A stretch of DNA of 46,533 bases from the IMG/VR virus record IMGVR_UViG_3300045988_064709; one strand, 5' to 3'. A program made the translations under genes and the position numbers. This document shows, piece by piece, positions 40,957 to 46,533 of this stretch; position 1 is the first letter of the stretch, and every line of letters starts with the position of its first letter. This DNA is from a virus. Under the pieces are notes generated by a model. It worked only from the letters and a program-made list of their open reading frames with translations, did not search any database and was not told the origin of the DNA.

Positions 40957-41145
40957 ATGACAAAACTCGAATATGACAGTTTGCAGATGGCGTTATCTGC
41001 CCTACTTGATAAAGAGCGGCTATATCGCAAGCGTATAAGCGGTAGTGAACAAGACGGTTATAAGATGGGTGTCAGAGCTTGTAAAAGCGCACTTTCCAAC
41101 TTTAATCCAAACGGAAAAGGCAAAGGAGGTGAAATCCATGAGTGA
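40957..41145 (+). CDS. Small hypothetical protein (candidate downstream antitoxin)
   Basis: 62 aa, 3 nt after the mazF-like stop. No recognised antitoxin motif. Confidence 0.3.
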   Translation: MTKLEYDSLQMALSALLDKERLYRKRISGSEQDGYKMGVRACKSALSNFNPNGKGKGGEIHE

Positions 41146-42646
41146 TGAAGTTATGACAGCCCCCGAAGAACAGGCTCTTTTCCAGCTCTCCAACGGTCGT
41201 TACATCATGGACGAAGCTCAGTCCAGAGTGATGTTTCAGATTAAGGAAGCACAGCCTGAGCATAGCCACCCGATCAGCGGTACGGGGTATTCGTGGGACG
41301 AGTCTGGCATGGCGGAGCTGTTCTCCGAGTGCTACAAGAATGATACCCGCTACTGCCCCGAAGCGAAAAGCTGGTTCACCTACTCCGAGGGTGCATGGCG
41401 TAAGGACACCGGCTCTCTGCTGGTAGCGGAAAAGATCAAGGAGTTCTGCCGCCTGATGGCTCTCTATTGCGGCGAGATCGCCAATGAAGAACGCCGTACC
41501 GAGTACATGAAGTTCATCGTAAAGATGGGCGATCGGCGCTTCCGTGATCGGCTGATGAAGGACGCTGCCAGTGTGCTTCCTATTGCTTCGGTGGAGTTTG
41601 ACGCAAATCCCTACCTTATCAACTGCAAGAACGGCACTTTCGACCTCGAAAAGATGGAGTTCCGGGAACATGACTGGAAAGACTTCCTGACCATGCAGAC
41701 CAATTTCAACTACACCTTGCAGGACGCACGGTGCCGCCGCTGGGAGAAGTTCGTTGCGGAGGTCACTTGCAATGATGAAGATAAGGCTGACTATCTGCAA
41801 AAGGCGCTGGGGTACTCCATGTTGGGTATGGCGAACGAGGAATGTATGTTCATTCTCCATGGTAAGACCACTCGCAACGGCAAGTCCACCATGCTCTCGG
41901 CAATTCACCACCTTCTCGGTGACTATGCTTCCGTGTCCCCCGTGTCGATCATCTGCAAGGCAGAACGGTCGAAGAACGCCGAAGCAGCGAACCCCATGCT
42001 GGCTTCCCTGAAAGGCAAACGGTTCGTCACAATGGCAGAGAGCAACCAGTATGGCAAGCTGGACGAAGAAACGATTAAGCAGCTCACGGGCGGCGAGGAA
42101 ATCAAGGCTCGGAACCTCTATGAAACTGCTACAACCTTCCTGCCGCAGTTCACCCTTTGGCTCTCCTGCAACGATCTTCCCACCGTCAGCGATAAGTCCC
42201 TGTTCGCTTCCGACCGTGTGCGGGTCATTGAGTTCAACCGCCATTTCACCGAAGCGGAACAGGACAAGAACCTGAAAAATGAGTTTCAGACGCAAGAAGC
42301 TATGCAGGGCATTTTCGCTTGGCTGGTCGCCGGATACTTCAAGTACAAGCGGTTCGGTCTGAAAATGTCCCCCGCCATGCGGAAGGTGGTCAACCAGTAC
42401 GAGCGTGACAACGATCTGTGCTTGCAGTTCCTCGAAGAACGCTGTGAGCAGGCTGAGGGAGTCAACACCCGCTCGAAGTCTCTGTTTGACGCTTACAAGA
42501 TTTGGTGCAAGTCCAACGGGTACTTCGCCTGTTCCGCCAAGCGGTTCAACGCCGACATGGAAACGCATCCTGAGTGGCACGGCGGCAAGGTTGTGTATCA
42601 GGGCTACCCCGTCTACAAGAACCTCAGACTGAAAGGAGCGTCCTAA
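41138..42646 (+). CDS. D5/P4-type primase-associated SF3 helicase
   Basis: NPYLINCKNGTFDL (D5_N-like), Walker A GKTTRNGKST and Walker B-like FVTMAESN. AAGGAGGTG RBS before the ATG at 41138. Confidence 0.8.
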   Translation: MSDEVMTAPEEQALFQLSNGRYIMDEAQSRVMFQIKEAQPEHSHPISGTGYSWDESGMAELFSECYKNDTRYCPEAKSWFTYSEGAWRKDTGSLLVAEKIKEFCRLMALYCGEIANEERRTEYMKFIVKMGDRRFRDRLMKDAASVLPIASVEFDANPYLINCKNGTFDLEKMEFREHDWKDFLTMQTNFNYTLQDARCRRWEKFVAEVTCNDEDKADYLQKALGYSMLGMANEECMFILHGKTTRNGKSTMLSAIHHLLGDYASVSPVSIICKAERSKNAEAANPMLASLKGKRFVTMAESNQYGKLDEETIKQLTGGEEIKARNLYETATTFLPQFTLWLSCNDLPTVSDKSLFASDRVRVIEFNRHFTEAEQDKNLKNEFQTQEAMQGIFAWLVAGYFKYKRFGLKMSPAMRKVVNQYERDNDLCLQFLEERCEQAEGVNTRSKSLFDAYKIWCKSNGYFACSAKRFNADMETHPEWHGGKVVYQGYPVYKNLRLKGAS

Positions 42647-42822
42647 TGAACCGTTCATGTAACTCTATCCTCTGCCGCTTCGGTATCCACACAGCAGACC
42701 CGTATGTTCATATTCAGGTCAAGTGCCGTAATGGTTCTCACCGCTGGCAGAGCAATTATGAAGTCTGTAAGCGGTGCGGCAAACGCCTGAGAAAAATTCG
42801 TATTGTGAAGGAGCGTCCGTGA
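42646..42822 (+). CDS. Small zinc-ribbon-like protein
   Basis: 58 aa with C..C and CKRCG pairs. AAAGGAG RBS. Confidence 0.45.
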   Translation: MNRSCNSILCRFGIHTADPYVHIQVKCRNGSHRWQSNYEVCKRCGKRLRKIRIVKERP

Positions 42823-43043
42823 TGAAGTGGAAAAGGATTAAGTGTTTCCTGACTGGTGGACACCGCCTGTACGATAAGAACCTTCAAACCATTCATGACA
42901 CAAATGGGTATCACTTCATTAACTACTGCGTGAAGTGCGGTAAGGTGTTCGCTGCGTTCATGGCGGAAGATGAATTGAATGGCCTGATCGACCGAGACAT
43001 TGAGCAGTTCAGAAAGGAGAGATTGCATGATCGCAACGACTGA
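42822..43043 (+). CDS. Small Cys-containing protein
   Basis: 73 aa containing YCVKCG. GTGATG overlap with the previous gene. Confidence 0.4.
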   Translation: MKWKRIKCFLTGGHRLYDKNLQTIHDTNGYHFINYCVKCGKVFAAFMAEDELNGLIDRDIEQFRKERLHDRND

Positions 43044-43389
43044 GGAACAACACCTACTGGAAAAGTGGCAGAAGAAGCTATGTTTGCAGGAGTGGCGCAT
43101 AAAGCTCGTCACTCACCTTCTCCCCGAAGAAATGTCCGTCAGTAATGCGGCTGGGTGTACGGATTGGTCGGAGTCCATCAAGACCGCCCGTATTGAGATC
43201 ATCAATCCCGCCTGTTACGGCGACCGCATTGTACCGTTCAACTTTGAAAAGACATTGGTGCATGAGCTGTTGCACCTGAAATTCTCTTTCTGGTGTCAGG
43301 ACGAGTACAGCGTAGCTGATAGGCTTATGCACCAGATGATTGACGATCTCGCAAGAGCTTTGACGGAAGGTGACAGCGATGAAGACTGA
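43027..43389 (+). CDS. HExxH-motif protein (putative zinc metallopeptidase)
   Basis: 120 aa containing LVHELLHL. Confidence 0.4.
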   Translation: MIATTEEQHLLEKWQKKLCLQEWRIKLVTHLLPEEMSVSNAAGCTDWSESIKTARIEIINPACYGDRIVPFNFEKTLVHELLHLKFSFWCQDEYSVADRLMHQMIDDLARALTEGDSDED

Positions 43390-43573
43390 ATACTGCCCCG
43401 ATTATGTGGGCGTTGCCTGCGTTGATGGCACTTGCCCTGTTGCCAACTGTGAAGAATACGCTGAGCGGTGTATGCCTGTCATTTCCTGTTGTCGGGACTG
43501 CTTCTATTATAAGGGCTGTGAAGACTGTGCAATCTCTGACGATTGCGACCGAATGGAGGATAAACATGAGTAA
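43370..43573 (+). CDS. Cys-rich small protein
   Basis: 67 aa with 12 Cys residues (CPDYVGVACVDGTCPVANC...CCRDCFYYKGCEDC). Confidence 0.4.
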   Translation: MTAMKTEYCPDYVGVACVDGTCPVANCEEYAERCMPVISCCRDCFYYKGCEDCAISDDCDRMEDKHE

Positions 43574-43796
43574 AAAGTGTGTATGCGGTAACGAAATGTT
43601 CACCGTCTTCATGTGTCGTAAGTGCGAACACCTTCTGTATGTCGAGGAAGACGAGAATTTTCCTCAGAAACTCGGAAAAATCGCCGCCAAATCCTGCCCC
43701 TGTTGCGGTGAACAGGACGAGGGACTGTGGAGACTTCTCGGTCGAGCGGAAGGGTTCGAGGGAACCGTGTTCACGGAGGAACTGGACGATGAATAA
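43566..43796 (+). CDS. Zinc-ribbon small protein
   Basis: 76 aa with CVCG...CRKC...CPCCG. Confidence 0.4.
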   Translation: MSKKCVCGNEMFTVFMCRKCEHLLYVEEDENFPQKLGKIAAKSCPCCGEQDEGLWRLLGRAEGFEGTVFTEELDDE

Positions 43797-43968
43797 TGAC
43801 GCTGTGAGAGAATTGCTGAACGCCGTTGGTGCTTTGGCTGAAATGTCTCTGAATTTTTACAGGGCTTTACTCAATGCTGGTGCGACCAAAGAAGAAGCCT
43901 TTGTGCTGTTGCAGTCATTCATCTCTGCTTCCATTCACGGCAACAAGGAGGACAGCAATGAAGACTGA
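43789..43968 (+). CDS. Hypothetical protein
   Basis: 59 aa, helical. Confidence 0.35.
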   Translation: MNNDAVRELLNAVGALAEMSLNFYRALLNAGATKEEAFVLLQSFISASIHGNKEDSNED

Positions 43969-44143
43969 GAAAAAGAACCTCCGCCGTATTTCCATCGTAG
44001 TCACGGCACAGACCAAGGGCAACCTTGAACGGCTGGCGGCGGTCTGCGGGTACTCGGAGATCGGTCGGGTGGTTGACAAGCTCACCCGTGAAAAGATGAT
44101 CTCCCTCCATGACTTTGAAAGAAAGGAGAAGCACTATGAATGA
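43958..44143 (+). CDS. Possible ribbon-helix-helix protein
   Basis: 61 aa. RRISIVVTAQTKGNLERLAA fits a beta strand followed by a helix. Confidence 0.3.
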   Translation: MKTEKKNLRRISIVVTAQTKGNLERLAAVCGYSEIGRVVDKLTREKMISLHDFERKEKHYE

Positions 44144-44789
44144 TGTAATGGAGCAAATCAAAACGCTTTCTGCCACCTTGGACGAGGAAACCACCCGCTT
44201 TCACCCTACTGGCAGACTGCTGTTGCTGGGTTCCTACGAGAGCGTATTTCTGAAAGCGGTCAAGCGCAAGGCTGATCTGTTGGGCATTGACTGTGACCTC
44301 ACTCAATACCCTTGCCCTCCGTACAAGGCCGTGGTGGTGGACAGAGAAACCGTCCCGTCTGACATTAAGCTCACCGCCGAGGTTGACATTGACCATTCCT
44401 ACTCACAGGGAATGTCATCGGTGTCTCAGGCGACTTTGGCGCTCCTGCTGGCATTGGACTTGGTTCATGCTAAGGACATTACCATTGTAGGTCGGGGTCA
44501 CGCCGTTCAGAACTTGGCAAAATACCTCACCCTCGGTAACGCAACTGTGACGGTGGCGCACTCCAAAACCAAGAGTCTCTTGCAGGCCACGATGAACCGT
44601 GATGTGGTGATCTACGCTACGCCGACTATCACGAAGGACATTTCCTACAACACCCGTGATCTGGTCATCGACCTCGGCAACAGCGTTCCCCACCCTGACC
44701 GCTTCAACTGTCCCTATGTAAACAGGATTGGTCAGCTCACCGTGAGCGTGTTGCTCAACCGCTTTGCGAGAAAGGAGCATAGGACATGA
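44136..44789 (+). CDS. FolD-like methylenetetrahydrofolate dehydrogenase/cyclohydrolase homologue (shortened)
   Basis: ITIVGRGHAVQNLAKYL..GNATVTVAHSKT, LVIDLG and IGQLTVSVLL align by eye to E. coli FolD (VVIGASNIVGRPM..TVTHRFT, IVIDVG, VGPMTVATLI). Confidence 0.55.
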   Translation: MNDVMEQIKTLSATLDEETTRFHPTGRLLLLGSYESVFLKAVKRKADLLGIDCDLTQYPCPPYKAVVVDRETVPSDIKLTAEVDIDHSYSQGMSSVSQATLALLLALDLVHAKDITIVGRGHAVQNLAKYLTLGNATVTVAHSKTKSLLQATMNRDVVIYATPTITKDISYNTRDLVIDLGNSVPHPDRFNCPYVNRIGQLTVSVLLNRFARKEHRT

Positions 44790-44923
44790 GTGACATTCTG
44801 ACAACTATCGCCGCCGTTGAATGGATTGTTGTAGGCTGTCTATTCCTCTGGCGACTACGCCACTGGAACCGCCGCTTTTCGGAACTCTATGACGAGCTGC
44901 GAAAGGAGATCGACCATGAATAA
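44786..44923 (+). CDS. Small membrane peptide (45 aa)
   Basis: ATGA overlap with the FolD-like gene and one TM segment. Short, so weakly supported. Confidence 0.3.
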   Translation: MSDILTTIAAVEWIVVGCLFLWRLRHWNRRFSELYDELRKEIDHE

Positions 44924-45125
44924 GGAAGACGCTCACATTGTCATAGCGATGGCAAATCACAACATGAATGTCACCGATGTTGCTCGTGCTATTTTCGCAC
45001 ACAGAAATACCGTTCTCTATCACTTGGACAAGGTGAAACAGCAGACCGGGTTAGACCCTCGGCGGTTCTATGATTTGGTCGAGCTGGTGAAGATGGCGCA
45101 GGAGGTGTTGGAAAATGGGTCTTGA
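44916..45125 (+). CDS. Small HTH regulator (PucR C-terminal-like HTH)
   Basis: 69 aa. VTDVARAIFAHRNTVLYHLDKVKQQTGLDP fits the L.+HRNT+.YRL.KI...TGLD pattern. Confidence 0.55.
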   Translation: MNKEDAHIVIAMANHNMNVTDVARAIFAHRNTVLYHLDKVKQQTGLDPRRFYDLVELVKMAQEVLENGS

Positions 45126-45444
45126 TATTACGGTCATGGAACGCAAAGATGTTCGCTGCCCTCATTGTGGTGAGGTCGTCGATACGGTAGAGGTTGACAG
45201 TACCGACAGCGGCGGTAGCCTTTGGTACGACTTTCTGGAAAAGCTCGGCTACTATGTTCCTTATGAGAAGCGAACCAAGGAGAATGACTGGTATGGTAAG
45301 GACATGGTTCTTGACAACGAGCAGGCAAAGCAGCTTGCCGATTACGCCGTGAAGAAAGAGGTCTACAACTGGGACGGCGTGGAGCGGATTGTGACGGAAG
45401 CACTCGCTCATGGGAACAAGGTGGTCATCAACGCCGACTGGTAG
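45115..45444 (+). CDS. Hypothetical protein
   Basis: 109 aa with CPHCG near the N-terminus. Confidence 0.5.
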   Translation: MGLDITVMERKDVRCPHCGEVVDTVEVDSTDSGGSLWYDFLEKLGYYVPYEKRTKENDWYGKDMVLDNEQAKQLADYAVKKEVYNWDGVERIVTEALAHGNKVVINADW

Positions 45445-45446
45445 TT

Positions 45447-45463
45447 AGGTGATAAAGGTGAGT
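45447..45463 (+). repeat. Extra copy of the tandem half-site AGGTGATAAAGGTGAGT
   Basis: Same 17-mer as the reverse complement of 45614..45630. Confidence 0.7.
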
Positions 45464-45520
45464 GTTTTTGCAAAGACTTTTTTCAAATTGGCGTGTTTTG
45501 AAAAATTGTTTTTCGTATTT

Positions 45521-45630
45521 TAGGTGAGTTAGGTGAGTAATCGGGCATAAATGCCTATAACTCTCTCTTATACGCGCGTATATAGAAATAGTTATAGGGA
45601 AATGCACCCGATTACTCACCTTTATCACCT
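45521..45630. repeat. Palindromic element B (about 110 bp), upstream of terS
   Basis: Arms AGGTGAGTAATCGGG (45531..45545) and CCCGATTACTCACCT (45607..45621), inner CCTATAACT/AGTTATAGG, and the centre palindrome TACGCGCGTA. The 25-mer 45521..45545 equals the reverse complement of 22248..22272. Confidence 0.9.
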
Positions 45631-45657
45631 TGGCGACTTTGAAAGGAGAAAAAGACT

Positions 45658-46206
45658 ATGGCAGATGAAATTGTGAAAAAGCGAACTCGCCCTGATCGTA
45701 AGGAAGCCATGAGCGTCCATACAGAGCCGGGTGACAATAGAAAATATCTGGAACATTCGATGGTCATGATGGACTGGCCTGATGTGAATGTGAGAGAACC
45801 TGAACAGGTCAAAGAGCGTATGGGAATGTACTTTGCTCTGTGCGCTCAAGACGATATGAAACCCTCGGTTGCTGGTATGGCATTGGCTTTTGGAGTTGAT
45901 AGGAAGACGATATGGGCATGGGCAAATGGAGTGGATAGTAAGACGCTACCCGCCGAGAGCCGTAACTTAATTAAAAAGGCGTATCAACTTTTGAACGCTC
46001 AGATGGAAAGTTATATGCAGAACGGGAAGATCAATCCGGTCGCCGGTATCTTCCTGATGAAGAACAACATGGGCTATGCGGACAAGCAGGAGGTCGTGTT
46101 GACCCCCAACCAGCAGCTCGGAAATCAGGTTCCCGCTGAGGACTTGGAGAAGAAGTACCTCGAAGATGTGGTGGGTGCGTCCAGCGACTATGACCCGGAG
46201 GACTGA
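45658..46206 (+). CDS. terS: Terminase small subunit (gp3-package-like)
   Basis: PSVAGMALAFGVDRKTIWAW... and GIFLMKNNMGYADKQEV fit the HTH plus LKN.GW.DKQE pattern of small terminases. AAAGGAG RBS. Confidence 0.7.
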   Translation: MADEIVKKRTRPDRKEAMSVHTEPGDNRKYLEHSMVMMDWPDVNVREPEQVKERMGMYFALCAQDDMKPSVAGMALAFGVDRKTIWAWANGVDSKTLPAESRNLIKKAYQLLNAQMESYMQNGKINPVAGIFLMKNNMGYADKQEVVLTPNQQLGNQVPAEDLEKKYLEDVVGASSDYDPED

Positions 46207-46207
46207 G

Positions 46208-46308
46208 CGACTTTCACGACTTTTGCGACTATGGCTTACGACTATGCCGAGCGACTTTACGACTTTCGCCCGAACGACTTTGCGACTTTCCGGCGAGGGT
46301 CTGCGACT
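46208..46308 (+). repeat. Array of 9 CGACT(T/A)T direct repeats (candidate pac / TerS-binding site)
   Basis: CGACT starts at 46208, 46217, 46226, 46239, 46252, 46260, 46275, 46283 and 46304. One more copy lies at 45634, just before terS. Confidence 0.6.
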
Positions 46309-46314
46309 TTGACA

Positions 46315-46356
46315 GAGCTGCCGATCTCCCCACGGGGTCGGCGGCTCTTTCGCTTT
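46315..46356 (+). terminator. Terminator-like hairpin downstream of terS
   Basis: GAGCTGCCGA / TCGGCGGCTC gives 10 bp with one G-U pair, plus inner CCCC/GGGG, then TTTCGCTTTT. Confidence 0.5.
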
Positions 46357-46408
46357 TCCCGGCTGATCGGCGGCGGGTTTTACCAGGGCGGCGTGGGCGC
46401 TGCCGGGG

Positions 46409-46423
46409 TTTCGGCCTGATCTG
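46409..46423 (+). repeat. Left copy of the imperfect direct repeat flanking the AT-rich segment (TTTCGGCCTGATCTG)
   Basis: Matches 1681..1696. The AT-rich DNA begins about 10 bp downstream. Confidence 0.5.
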
Positions 46424-46434
46424 AAAGCGGAAAC

Positions 46435-46533
46435 ATTTTTTTTTCAGCCCTTTATATTGTATAGCTGCCCTATTTGCGAAAAATCTTGATTTTCTTTTAT
46501 ATTTACACTTGACAAGTAAATGCAAATATGCTA
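46435..46533 (+). repeat. Terminal direct repeat copy 2, identical to 1..99
   Basis: 99/99 identity. Confidence 0.95.

Noticed and set aside
46229-46525. ORFs on both strands (46231..46419 + and 46229..46525 -) in the terS-distal region.
   Set aside because: They lie over the CGACT repeat array and GC-rich hairpins, with no RBS and repeat-driven low-complexity translations.
1-46533. A scan for tRNA, rRNA and CRISPR arrays.
   Set aside because: I saw no cloverleaf-compatible segments in the intergenic regions and no repeat-spacer arrays by eye. A dedicated tRNA scan would be needed to exclude tRNAs formally.

Overview
The window is a complete temperate siphovirus-like phage genome. Its first and last 99 bp are identical, so the unique length is 46,434 bp and the molecule is circular or terminally redundant. 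No host flanks are visible. Strong AGGAGG ribosome-binding sites, sigmaA-type promoters, an NlpC/P60+SH3b endolysin and a SleB-like hydrolase point to a Gram-positive, probably clostridial, host; this is inference only.

Gene order on the + strand:
- An AT-rich cargo island of small ORFs.
- A small serine recombinase with a lipoprotein cassette.
- TerL, portal, scaffold and major capsid, then the neck and tail-tube genes.
- A G/GT tail chaperone with a canonical GGGAAAC -1 frameshift site.
- A 1106-aa tape measure protein and the tail tip genes.
- A diversity-generating retroelement (DGR), described below.
- Holin and endolysin.
- On the - strand, a large serine integrase and an S24-type repressor, next to a face-to-face promoter switch.
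- The early region: a second DGR target, a Holliday-junction (HJ) resolvase, an SF2 helicase, a C5 methyltransferase, PolB, Erf with a YqaJ exonuclease, a nucleotide-metabolism block (DUF1599, MazG, HD, HAD, ThyX, FolD-like), Prim-Pol, MazF and a D5/P4 helicase.
- A run of small zinc-ribbon proteins, a small HTH regulator and TerS.

Most notable observations:
1. The DGR has the layout target, Avd, TR, RT. One template repeat matches two variable repeats with adenine-only mismatches. One VR is in the tail fibre gene. The other is about 8 kb away, in a paralogous non-structural early-region protein. Both VRs are followed by an identical 24-nt GC hairpin element.
2. The variable region of the C5 methyltransferase contains four G8-G10 tracts, each followed by TA. 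Three of them break the reading frame.
3. Two related palindromic elements of about 110 bp share a 15-bp core. One sits just upstream of the lysis operon and the other just upstream of terS.
4. terS and terL are separated by about 3.5 kb. This gap holds a CGACT repeat array that may be a pac site, and two autonomous promoter-to-terminator cassettes. One cassette is an AT-rich segment flanked by an imperfect 15-16 bp direct repeat.

Family assignments rest on motifs I recognised by eye. No database search was run.
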